Positions 25,006 through 33,789 of a stretch of DNA of 56,281 bases are shown here, piece by piece. The position numbers were made by a program, and so were the translations under genes. Origin of the DNA: a virus (Duplodnaviria; Caudoviricetes); the IMG/VR virus record IMGVR_UViG_3300036804_000195, positions 1 through 56,281 of that record, one strand, 5' to 3'. Each line of letters opens with the position of its first letter. Positions within the stretch are counted from its first letter, which is position 1. Under the pieces are notes generated by a model, which was not told where the DNA came from, did no database searches, and was given only the letters and a program-made list of their open reading frames with translations.

Positions 25006-25506
25006 TCAGGGATTCGTCTGCGCGCAGACCGCCTCGAGGAAAACGGCCTGGTCGGAGTCGGTCTGGTTGAATCCTGTGACCTGCCACGCGCCAGTCGGCC
25101 ATCGGCTATTGATAGCGGGGTAGCTGGACTGTATTTCCATGCCGCCGTTGTTCGCGTAATAGCCGCCCGAGACGAGGATGGAGCCTGCCGGGCAGAGAGC
25201 AATGTCATTGAATTCAGTGCCAGCCGGCACGTCGACGGCGGGCGGCAGGACGGTCGCGTATTGCGGCATGCTCTGGTACCAGTTCAGGCTGGTTGATCCA
25301 GCAGGACAGGACTGGCCGGCACCGGTGTCGACGACGGACAGAGCACCGTTCAGACCTGGCTTGTAGCAGCCGTGCACGACGCCGTTACCGTCGGGAATTG
25401 ATGCATAGGCGACGCCGCCAGCGAGCATGAGCACCAGTCCGGTGGCAGTCGCTATTACCGAGAGCCGCCGCCGCCAGCTAAGGGAACCAAACCACTTCCT
25501 GAGCAT
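25006..25506 (-). CDS. Secreted protein with signal peptide
   Basis: AAGGAG RBS; RRR plus hydrophobic stretch plus AYA-SIPDGNGVVHGCY; ALCPAG...SGGY...AVC; visibly lower GC. Confidence 0.7.
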   Translation of the reverse strand: MLRKWFGSLSWRRRLSVIATATGLVLMLAGGVAYASIPDGNGVVHGCYKPGLNGALSVVDTGAGQSCPAGSTSLNWYQSMPQYATVLPPAVDVPAGTEFNDIALCPAGSILVSGGYYANNGGMEIQSSYPAINSRWPTGAWQVTGFNQTDSDQAVFLEAVCAQTNP

Positions 25507-25517
25507 TCCGTTCTCCT

Positions 25518-25946
25518 TTACACCTGGCAAGTAAAGCTAGACGCTGCGGCCTGGACCGAGTCGCCGGTCAGCGGCGTGCGCGCCGCGGTCAGCAGGAACG
25601 CGATCTCGACGTTGCTGGTCGTGCCCGAGGACGCGTCCGTGAGCATTCCCCAGGTGATCGTGCCCGGGGCAGAGGTGAAGGCGCCGAAGGTCATCGCGTT
25701 GGAATTTGAGATGACCGACGGGGACGCCGAGCTGGGCGTGCCGACCGTGTAGCCCTGCCTCGCGTAGCCGGTCGCCGTGGCGACCTCTGTCTCGGCGGCC
25801 ATCGTCAGGTCTGTGCCGGCAGCCGGCGCCGCTGTCAGCAGCGCCAGAAACGGCGCCGTACCCGACGCGGTCACCAATGATCCGGCCGCAGCCTGCAGCG
25901 CCCGCTTCTCCGCGTACTCCATGATCTGACCGGCGCCCAGTGGCAT
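25518..25946 (-). CDS. Putative structural protein (fibre-associated type)
   Basis: FLALLTAAP...EV...GYARQ...ISNSNAMTFG...TITWGMLTDASSG. Confidence 0.7.
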   Translation of the reverse strand: MPLGAGQIMEYAEKRALQAAAGSLVTASGTAPFLALLTAAPAAGTDLTMAAETEVATATGYARQGYTVGTPSSASPSVISNSNAMTFGAFTSAPGTITWGMLTDASSGTTSNVEIAFLLTAARTPLTGDSVQAAASSFTCQV

Positions 25947-25949
25947 GGC

Positions 25950-26288
25950 TCAGGCCTCCGTGAAGTAGGACGAGAAGAATGACGGCTCGATCGACGTCGC
26001 GCGGGCATCGCACTGAGCGTCGACCCATTCGAGCACGACGTATCCGTCCGGCAGCGTCTCCCGGATCGTGCACTGCGTGCCGTGCGGCATGTCGAGGTCG
26101 GCCATCGTCAGGTCGCGCAGCCCGGCGAGCCGCGCCTCCTGCTCCGGGGTGAGGTCGCCGAGCACCGCGGCGAGCTGGCCGAGCGCGGCCGGAGCGTACA
26201 CGTCAGCCGGGCGCGCCTCGAGCGGACCGTCGGCGTGATGCTGGCCGAGCCCGGCCTGCTGCGGATGCTGGTACACGTACCGGGTCAT
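25950..26288 (-). CDS. Hypothetical protein
   Basis: GAGGAGG RBS, 112 aa. Confidence 0.7.
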   Translation of the reverse strand: MTRYVYQHPQQAGLGQHHADGPLEARPADVYAPAALGQLAAVLGDLTPEQEARLAGLRDLTMADLDMPHGTQCTIRETLPDGYVVLEWVDAQCDARATSIEPSFFSSYFTEA

Positions 26289-26386
26289 GGCCCTCCTCGA
26301 TTCGGTCGGCGCGGATTGGTGGGCGCCGCCGCGCCTGACGCCAGAAAGACGCGGCGGCGGAACGGGGAGGCGTCCAGCTCAGGGGG

Positions 26387-26701
26387 TCAGGTCTTGTCGC
26401 GCGGCGAGGACTGGCGGCCGGCCGGCGGGGTGCGGCGAGCCTTCTCCGCGGCGGCCTCGCGCTCGTCGGCGGCTTCCTTGTCGGCCTTGCGCGCCGCCGC
26501 GGCCTTCCGGTCGTCGGCCGCCTTGGCGCGGGAGGTGTAGCCGAACCCGGCCAGCGCCCGGTCGAAACCGGCCACGCGCTCTTCGGGCGCGCCCTCGTCG
26601 ACGGCGAGCTGCCGTTCGTTCAGCACCCGCTCGACGTGGTGGCCGACGCCCGGCCGGTCGGCGTAGGACTCGCGGATCTCGTCGCGTTCGCTTTTAGCCA
26701 T
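26387..26701 (-). CDS. Hypothetical protein following the capsid gene
   Basis: GGAGG RBS; MAKSERDEIRE...; charged tail ARRTPPAGRQSS. Confidence 0.65.
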   Translation of the reverse strand: MAKSERDEIRESYADRPGVGHHVERVLNERQLAVDEGAPEERVAGFDRALAGFGYTSRAKAADDRKAAAARKADKEAADEREAAAEKARRTPPAGRQSSPRDKT

Positions 26702-26790
26702 CGTGGCCTCCCGGATTTCGATGCGGTCGCGGGGATGCGGCGCGGGCGCGGCCGGGAGGTGCCCCGGTCGCGCCCGCGGAGAGCATCGGC

Positions 26791-28239
26791 TTAGAAGGTC
26801 GGCGTCGACAGGCCGGTGCCGCCGACGGACTGGACCGCGCCGGCGTACCGGCGCAGCGTGTAGGCGTAGTAGCCGTACAGGACCAGCAGCACGCCGAGCC
26901 GGGTGGCCTGCGGCTGCTCGGCGCGGATGAACACCGGGGCGTTGGGGTCCTCCCACAGGTGGCACTCGTCCTTGGCAACCACGTAGATCTCGTCCTGGTT
27001 GGTTCCGCCGCCCAGGTTGGAGACCACGTTGTTGTCGACCACGACGCCGAGCCCTGCTGGCAGTCGGCCGCGGATGCCGCCGTTGTAGCCGACGTTGGGG
27101 TTGAGCACGCCGCCGGCGTGCTCGGGGATGCCCTGGGAATTGATGAGCGGCCATGAGGTGACCAGCTCGGCGGACAGCCACCACCACCGCCGCGAGTGCA
27201 TGATCACGTGCGACGGGATGGCCTGGGCGAGCAGCGCCGCTTCGACCTGCGAGGTGGCCTGGAGGATCTTGGGGTACAGGCCGGTGACGGTGCCCGGAGC
27301 GGCGGTGTAGACGACCTGGGTGCCGGTCGCCAGCGCGGACAGGCCGGTGGTGGCCTGGTTGAGCAGGTTGCTGTCCAGGTTGGTGGCGTACCGGCGGAAC
27401 AGGTCCTGCATCGTGACCTCTTCGATGCCGGTCCCGCGGTCGATGGCCTGCCGGGACAGCAGCACCGAGCCCGCCGCCGTCTGCACGTTCTCGGTCAGCA
27501 GCGTGTCGTCGATCGTCTGCGTCGCCACCGCGGCGGGCAGCTCGGAGGGGGGGTTGTTGACCTGGGTCGGCGTGGTGATCTGCGAGATGTTGATCGTCAT
27601 GCCCGACTCGGGCAGGTCATGGTGGTTGCAGATGTCGGCGAACGGGCGCAGCGCCGCGACCGCCGGAGCGTACATGTCGGTCAGGTACTGCGGCACGGTC
27701 AGGCCGGCGAAGTTGCCGGTCGTGGTGTCGCCGGCGGCGCGCTGCAGATACTGCCCGCGCTCGACCCGCTCCTCGGCCATGTGCTGCGAGAGCCGGTGCT
27801 GCGATTCGGCGTCCTGGAACATGAACGCCCGGGCGACGTCGCGCAGGAACAGCGATCCCTTGCGGTCGGTGTCCGAGCGGTAGGTGCGCTCCTCGCGGCC
27901 GACGGTTACCGATGCGCGCTGCCGGTCGTGGCCAGGCCGCGGAACACCGGTCTCGCGGGACTCGCGCTGCAGCTCGGCGACCTCCAGCTCGTCAGCCTTG
28001 GCGCGGCGAGCCTGCTCGAGCTTGGCTTCGATGCCGGCGATGTCGGCCTTGGACTTGTCGCGGACCTTGAATAGGTCGTCGACCCGCTCGGAGTCCTCGC
28101 GGGACAGGTTGGCCTGCCCGTTCTGGCTGGCCTGGGCGAGGATGTACTTGATCTCGCCGATGGCCTTGTCGCGGGTCTTGACGGCCTGCTCGAGCTCGAC
28201 CTCAATCGAGTTGATCACGTTGTCGATCATGATGGGCAT
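26791..28239 (-). CDS. Major capsid protein (HK97 fold, N-terminal coiled-coil delta domain)
   Basis: Coiled-coil N-terminus; GLTVPQYL...RPFADIC...TAAGSVLLSRQAIDRG...VIMHSRRW...VLYGYYA. Confidence 0.9.
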   Translation of the reverse strand: MPIMIDNVINSIEVELEQAVKTRDKAIGEIKYILAQASQNGQANLSREDSERVDDLFKVRDKSKADIAGIEAKLEQARRAKADELEVAELQRESRETGVPRPGHDRQRASVTVGREERTYRSDTDRKGSLFLRDVARAFMFQDAESQHRLSQHMAEERVERGQYLQRAAGDTTTGNFAGLTVPQYLTDMYAPAVAALRPFADICNHHDLPESGMTINISQITTPTQVNNPPSELPAAVATQTIDDTLLTENVQTAAGSVLLSRQAIDRGTGIEEVTMQDLFRRYATNLDSNLLNQATTGLSALATGTQVVYTAAPGTVTGLYPKILQATSQVEAALLAQAIPSHVIMHSRRWWWLSAELVTSWPLINSQGIPEHAGGVLNPNVGYNGGIRGRLPAGLGVVVDNNVVSNLGGGTNQDEIYVVAKDECHLWEDPNAPVFIRAEQPQATRLGVLLVLYGYYAYTLRRYAGAVQSVGGTGLSTPTF

Positions 28240-28302
28240 GGCGGTACTCCAGCCAAGAGCGTCGGAATGACAGGGGATGGCCGCCAAGGCCCGCGAGCGG
28301 CA

Positions 28303-28437
28303 CCGGAGTGAACCCTCCGGCCGCCGGAGCGGTGCGCCGGGCTGAACCGCCAGGCGCCGCGTGCGGCTTACATCGACCCCGCGACGCCAGGCTGATCCGC
28401 CGGCGGGCGGGCACCGCCAGGCTGAACCGCCAGGCGG
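28303..28437 (-). promoter_or_regulatory. Four hairpins with GGWUCA loops in the capsid gene leader
   Basis: Loops at 28309-14, 28343-48, 28393-98 and 28423-28, each closed by a GC stem. Confidence 0.6.
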
Positions 28438-28455
28438 GCACTACAGCGAGTCATA

Positions 28456-29904
28456 TCACAAACGGCGCGGCGGGTCGTCGAGGCGCAGCATCTGCTCGTA
28501 GAAGTCGACCGACCGGCCGCCCTGGGCGACCCCGGCGCGGCGGGCGACGTCGGCGACCAGCGTGCCCTCCGGCACGGTGATCTCGTCGCCGGACACGTCG
28601 GCGTAGGTGGTGCCGGTGACGCGGCCGCGCCAGTTGTGCCGGCCAGGAGCGCCAGCGGCCGCGGCCTCGCCGGCGTCGGCCTCGTCGTCGGGGTCGAAGA
28701 TCCCCATGAGGTCCATGACGTTGTCGACGATCGACTCGGCGCCCGCGATCATCGACACGGCCTGAGCGACCGGCTCGGGCAGCCCGGTCAGGTCCGCGCC
28801 CGACACGAGCTGCGACATCTCGTCGAGAGTGCCGTCCAGCGACGCGATCAGGTCCTTGACGTCGGTGTCGCCGTCAGCGGCACGAGTCCCGGAGAACCGG
28901 CGCGACAGCAGCGTCAGCGCCTGCCGCTGCGCCCCGGCGGGCAGGTGCGCCATGTCGGCCATCACCTCGCGGGCCCGGGCCTCGATCGAGGTGTAGGGGT
29001 TGGCGCCATAGTTCACCGCCGACACGTCGCCGCGGTCGAGGTCGACCTCGTCGATCGAGAAGTGCATGTACTCCTCGTCCCAGCCGCCGTCGGTGATCAT
29101 GAACGCGAACGACATCTCGGTCACGTTCTGGTCGTCGATGCCGATGAGCAGGTCCGACACGTCGGTGCGCTCGGGGTTGAGGTAGGACACCATGTGCAGG
29201 CCGCGCGGGTCGGCGTCCAGGAGCAGCGTCGGGTCGTAGCCCTTGGCGGCGACGGTGCGGGCCATCGTGAGGCCGCGGTGGTTGACCAGGAACGCGACGT
29301 CGGGGTTGGCGGCCAGCGTCTTGTCGAACGCGGTCGGCGCGACCGTCTCGCCGTACGGGCCGAACATGTCCCACATCTCGTACTCGATGCCGGTGATGGA
29401 GGCGTACCCGTCGAGCTGCCGCATCTTCTTGCCGTTCAGCATCACCGGAGCGGCCGCGGCGCGGAACGTGGCGCGGAACGGCTGCAGCCGCGCTGCCTCG
29501 CCGGGCAGGCCGCGCCGCGAGCCGCCGAGCCGCTCGGCGCGCAGCGACCGGAGATCCGCCCTGGACGGCGCGCTCTTCGACGACGGCTCGTAGTCGGGGT
29601 TGATGACCTTCATGTGCGCCTCCAGGTGAGCCTGCGCGGCCGCCTTGTTGGTCAGCCCTTGCGTCTGCGGGAGCCGCGACAGCGAATTCTTGACCCCGGC
29701 AGCGTTGGGCGGATCCGACGGGTGGTAGTGGTGCGGCAGCGCGTGCGCGGCCTGGGTGGCCGGGTCGCCGGCCTTCTTGCCGGCGCAGATGCCGTCATAG
29801 AACGCGGCCGGGTCGTCGGAGCTGGCGCCGTTCGACCACGCCTGCCCGGCATCCCAGGCGGAGTTGTCGACGCTGCCGGCGCGCAGCGCTCGCGGAGCGT
29901 TCAT
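28456..29904 (-). CDS. HK97-family prohead protease with N- and C-terminal extensions
   Basis: LDGYAS...ETVAPTAF...FLVNH...MSFAF...DVSAVNYGANPYT; between portal and capsid. Confidence 0.85.
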   Translation of the reverse strand: MNAPRALRAGSVDNSAWDAGQAWSNGASSDDPAAFYDGICAGKKAGDPATQAAHALPHHYHPSDPPNAAGVKNSLSRLPQTQGLTNKAAAQAHLEAHMKVINPDYEPSSKSAPSRADLRSLRAERLGGSRRGLPGEAARLQPFRATFRAAAAPVMLNGKKMRQLDGYASITGIEYEMWDMFGPYGETVAPTAFDKTLAANPDVAFLVNHRGLTMARTVAAKGYDPTLLLDADPRGLHMVSYLNPERTDVSDLLIGIDDQNVTEMSFAFMITDGGWDEEYMHFSIDEVDLDRGDVSAVNYGANPYTSIEARAREVMADMAHLPAGAQRQALTLLSRRFSGTRAADGDTDVKDLIASLDGTLDEMSQLVSGADLTGLPEPVAQAVSMIAGAESIVDNVMDLMGIFDPDDEADAGEAAAAGAPGRHNWRGRVTGTTYADVSGDEITVPEGTLVADVARRAGVAQGGRSVDFYEQMLRLDDPPRRL

Positions 29905-29916
29905 GGACAGGGCCTC

Positions 29917-31224
29917 CTACGTGGGCGGGACGGTGTCGCCGGGTGTTTCGTCGCCCGGGTCGTTGCTGTCGCCTGGCGGCAGCGCCAGCGGCGGAGCAGG
30001 AGTGTCGTCGGCGGCCGCGCCGAGCGGCACCGCAGTGCCGACCGGCGGGAACAGCGTCAGGAACTGCTCGATCTGCGCCTGGGTGAGCGGCGGCCGGTTT
30101 TCGAGCTCGCGGGCCTCGTCGGGGCTGAGGGTCCGCGAGGCGATCTGCTGAGCGATGGCGGCTGCCCGGGTCATCGGGTCCAGGCGGAGCAGCGCGTCGG
30201 TGTTGAATTTCACGTACCGCGGCGACGGGGTGATGCCCGACAGCGCCGCCTCCCGGCGGATGATCGCCGGGCCGAGGTTCATGATCAGGAGCTGCAGGTT
30301 GCGCTGGCTGATGTTGGCGTACGTCATCGTCCGGGTGCCGCCGGTGGGCGTGCCGTCGATGAGGTCGACCGGCACGTCAAAGAAACGGGCGATATCGGGG
30401 ATCGACGACTTCATGGCCTCGATCCAGTCGTTGCTCGCCGACTGCGCCATGATCATCTCGTAATCCCAGTCCGAGCCGTGCACGAACGGCTCGCCGACGG
30501 TGATCGACGCCCGCCATGATTCCTTGACGATCGCCGCCTCCTTGGGGTTGATCGTCTTGGCGGTGTTCTTCAGCCGGGCCCGCGGCACCGCTCCCCCGGC
30601 GAACCAGTTCGTGGCGAAGTCCTGCACCGTCAGGTACTGCGAGATCTCGTAGGCGGCGTAGGCGACCGGCGACAGGCCGACGAAACAGCCCGCCGCGGTG
30701 TAAGCCTTCTCATGCCACACGACCTCGGGGTCGTACAGGGTGCCGCAGATCCGGTACTTCCACAGCGCGCCCTTGCGGACCAGGACGGCGCACTCGCCGA
30801 TCGGCGCCATCTCGATCCGGGCGGCGTTGCCGAGCCCGTCGACGGCGGTGATCAGCCCGATGGTGTTACCGGCCCGGTCGAGGTCCATCTGCGTGCCGTA
30901 CAGCCATTCCGGCATGCCGGTGTTCCCGCGGCCGAGCGGCGCGCCGGAAGGGTTGACCAGCACGGGCGGCTTCGGGCACTCGATCTGCACGCCGCCGACC
31001 CGGCGGAACAGGTCCAGCGGGAACGTCGAGATCAGCCCGGCGCGCAGCCGCAGCGCCGACCACACCGCCGAGTGCCGCAGCGCGCGGTCGTTGTCGACGT
31101 AGCGGCCGGGCCCGGGCGCGGAGCGGATCGGGATGAGGTCCATCGGCGAGGTGATGCCGAAGATCCGCTTATCGTGCGCGGCCGCAGCGGCGGCGGTCAT
31201 CGGCCGCCCGGCCAGCAGGCCCAC
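29917..31224 (-). CDS. Portal protein (HK97 type)
   Basis: ALRHSAVWS...GLSPV...IARFFDVP...TYANISQ...KFNTDALLRLD...DEARELENRPP. Confidence 0.92.
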   Translation of the reverse strand: MGLLAGRPMTAAAAAAHDKRIFGITSPMDLIPIRSAPGPGRYVDNDRALRHSAVWSALRLRAGLISTFPLDLFRRVGGVQIECPKPPVLVNPSGAPLGRGNTGMPEWLYGTQMDLDRAGNTIGLITAVDGLGNAARIEMAPIGECAVLVRKGALWKYRICGTLYDPEVVWHEKAYTAAGCFVGLSPVAYAAYEISQYLTVQDFATNWFAGGAVPRARLKNTAKTINPKEAAIVKESWRASITVGEPFVHGSDWDYEMIMAQSASNDWIEAMKSSIPDIARFFDVPVDLIDGTPTGGTRTMTYANISQRNLQLLIMNLGPAIIRREAALSGITPSPRYVKFNTDALLRLDPMTRAAAIAQQIASRTLSPDEARELENRPPLTQAQIEQFLTLFPPVGTAVPLGAAADDTPAPPLALPPGDSNDPGDETPGDTVPPT

Positions 31225-31512
31225 TTAGAGCCTCGAGTCGAGCCGCAGCAGGAACGCGCCGAGAACGCCGAACCCGGCGGCCAGGCCGAGCACGGCGCCG
31301 CCGTAGGAGGCGGCCAGGCCCGCAGCCGCCGACACCATGACCATGCCGGCGACGCCGGGGATCGCCGGGGTGGCCTTCCACGCGGCCGCGCCGCGCCAGG
31401 CCACGCCCGCGCGGCGGAGCAGCCTGGCGGCGAGCCGCTGCGCGCCGGCCCGGACGCGGGCGCGCACGTCGAGCTGCCCGGCCTCCAGCTCGTCCAGGAT
31501 CGTCGTCGTCAC
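31225..31512 (-). CDS. Small membrane protein
   Basis: AGGAAGG RBS; two hydrophobic segments; between terminase and portal. Confidence 0.6.
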   Translation of the reverse strand: MTTTILDELEAGQLDVRARVRAGAQRLAARLLRRAGVAWRGAAAWKATPAIPGVAGMVMVSAAAGLAASYGGAVLGLAAGFGVLGAFLLRLDSRL

Positions 31513-31538
31513 GGATCCGCCTTCCTACTGGTGAGTAA

Positions 31539-33317
31539 TCAGCTCAGCCCGGCGGGCACGGCGACGCCGCGGTGCGCCAGCTCGGTCAGGCCGGCGGCGT
31601 CGAGGATGCCCGACCGGTACAGCCGCTCGATGTCCATCGGCCCGTACGCGCCGAGGTCGCACAGCCGCACGACCTCGTCGAGGTCGAAATGCACCGACTC
31701 CGCGGCGTCGTAGTTGGCGGCCTCGGCGGTCTTCAGGAACAGCCAGTGCGCCAGCGTCTCGGCGCACAGCGGCGAGATGTCGACAGCCGAGTTGACCCGG
31801 TCCCACGCCCACTGGCCCGACAGGTTCCGCTTCGCCGCGCCGGCGAGAGCACGGAGCATGTCCTTGTCGTCGGCGTGCCACAGCAGCTCGTCCCGCGCGG
31901 CGTCGAAAAACTGGCCGCAGCCGTGCCCGAACTCGGTGGCGTTCGGCGTGATCACATTCAGGCCGGCTTCCTCGAGCTTGCCGATCAGCGCGCCCGCGGC
32001 CGACCGCGGGTCGATCGCCCAGCCGAGCGGCGACCACCGCTTGTCCATCGCCGCGGCCCGGGCGATCACCCAGGAGATGCCCGGGTCGTGGTCGGTGATC
32101 TCCACGTACCTGCGCTCGCCGTCCAGCGCGCCGCACACCGCGATCGACGTCATCGCCCGGTCGGGAGTCGAGTCGATGCCGAACGCGGGCCGGTCGGGCC
32201 ACGGCTTGTCGCGGAGCACGGTGCGATCCCACCAGCCCCTCGGTATGACGGCCCAGCCGTCGGTAGCGGCCGGGTAGGTGCCGACACCGAGCCGCTCGTT
32301 GGCGAACGCCTCCTCGTCCATCGCGGCCTCTTCGCGCTCGACCGCCTCGACGGTCAGCCCGATGCCGGCCTCGCGGACCAGGCCCTTGCACGGGACCAGG
32401 CGGCGGCCGCCGCACTTGCAGTCCGGGCCGTGGTCGACGCGGTAGCGCATCACGCCGAGCGCCGGATTGGAGCGGAACCAGGACGCCCGGTCGTGCGGCT
32501 CGTCGTGCAAGTTGCAATCCGGGTCGCAGTCGCGGGTATGCGGGTCGATCGAGTACTCGGCGAACATGAGCGACCGGTCGCCGCCAGCCAGCGCGCGGCG
32601 CCGGACCCGGGCGAGCTGGGTGGAGATCGGCACGCCCTTGACGGTCAGCCCGGCCGAGCCCATGTACCACACCTGCGGGCCGCCGACCGTGGCGTTGGTG
32701 CGGGCCGACAGGGTAGGCAGCGACGCGGCCACCGCCGAGGCCGCCAGGATCATCGCCTCGTCGTAGGCCAGGAAATCGCCGGTGAACCCGCGCCCGGATC
32801 CGCCGGAGCGGGCAATGAAGTCCAGGCGGCCGCCGCCCCACTTGCGGGTCAGCTCGATGCCTTCCTCGCCGTGCGACTCGGCGATCTTGCCGACCTTGCG
32901 GTCCAGCTCGGGCGTCGACTCGATGAGCCGCCGGATCCGGACGAACGCCTTCCGCGCGGTCTTGAATTCGTGCGCGGTGTGGATGAGCTGCTGCTCGCCG
33001 AACAGGAACAGGCCGGCCAGCTCGCGCGCCTCGAGGATCGACCCCTTGCCGTTCTGGCGCGAGACGATCAGCGCGACCTCGAATGCCGCCCACTTCTCCA
33101 GGTGGTCGCGGCAGGCGAGCCCGAACCCGGGCGCGCAGTGCGGGCACTGAGCGATGCCGAGCGCGTCGGTCAGGATGTCCCGTTCCCACGGGTCGAGGAT
33201 CAGCCCGGCGACCTCGGCCAGCGCGATGCACTCCGGGCCCGCGGAGGACACGCGCGGCGGCGACCACGCGATGCGCGGCGGAGCGCTAGCCTCGAGCAGC
33301 GCGGCGGCGGCGGTCAC
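31539..33317 (-). CDS. terL: Terminase large subunit
   Basis: LDPWE, Walker A VSRQNGKG, HTAHEFKTA, GRGFTGD, Walker B YDEA, SNPALG, ERLG, DISPL. Confidence 0.95.
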   Translation of the reverse strand: MTAAAALLEASAPPRIAWSPPRVSSAGPECIALAEVAGLILDPWERDILTDALGIAQCPHCAPGFGLACRDHLEKWAAFEVALIVSRQNGKGSILEARELAGLFLFGEQQLIHTAHEFKTARKAFVRIRRLIESTPELDRKVGKIAESHGEEGIELTRKWGGGRLDFIARSGGSGRGFTGDFLAYDEAMILAASAVAASLPTLSARTNATVGGPQVWYMGSAGLTVKGVPISTQLARVRRRALAGGDRSLMFAEYSIDPHTRDCDPDCNLHDEPHDRASWFRSNPALGVMRYRVDHGPDCKCGGRRLVPCKGLVREAGIGLTVEAVEREEAAMDEEAFANERLGVGTYPAATDGWAVIPRGWWDRTVLRDKPWPDRPAFGIDSTPDRAMTSIAVCGALDGERRYVEITDHDPGISWVIARAAAMDKRWSPLGWAIDPRSAAGALIGKLEEAGLNVITPNATEFGHGCGQFFDAARDELLWHADDKDMLRALAGAAKRNLSGQWAWDRVNSAVDISPLCAETLAHWLFLKTAEAANYDAAESVHFDLDEVVRLCDLGAYGPMDIERLYRSGILDAAGLTELAHRGVAVPAGLS

Positions 33318-33789
33318 GGGCGGCCTCCACCTCGTCGAACGGATCCTCCTCCTCGCGGTCGTCGCGGCCAGGCTGCGCAGGAACGGGCACGCCAGGCACG
33401 CCGAGCCCGGCCTGCTCGAACAGCGCCGACCGGCGCCAGGAGATCCGCAGCAGCCGGTCGATCGCGCGCAGCGACAGCGCCGGGTCGTGCCGGGCGCCGT
33501 CGGAGGACGCGGAGCGGAGCAGGTTCTGGGTCACGCGCTCGAGAGTGTCGAGCCGCTCCAGCTCGAGCAGCACGAGCTGGTCGACGCCAGCGGACACCAG
33601 CTCGGAGCGGCGAGCCTTCATGGCCCGGCCGAAGTCCTGCGCGGCCGCGCCCGGGGTCTTGTGCCCGGTCTCCTTGGCGATCGCCGCGAACGTCGCCCCG
33701 GCGGCGCGCATCTCGAGGACCTGCTTGCGCCGGGCGGCGACCTTGTCGCGGTCACGCGTCGACGGCGACACCAGCATCCTTATCGGCAC
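33286..33789 (-). CDS. terS: Terminase small subunit (HTH)
   Basis: RRKQVLEMRAAGATFAAIA...LELERLD...AIDRLLRI...DPFDEVEAARDRRR; upstream of terL. Confidence 0.75.
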   Translation of the reverse strand: MPIRMLVSPSTRDRDKVAARRKQVLEMRAAGATFAAIAKETGHKTPGAAAQDFGRAMKARRSELVSAGVDQLVLLELERLDTLERVTQNLLRSASSDGARHDPALSLRAIDRLLRISWRRSALFEQAGLGVPGVPVPAQPGRDDREEEDPFDEVEAARDRRRRAARG

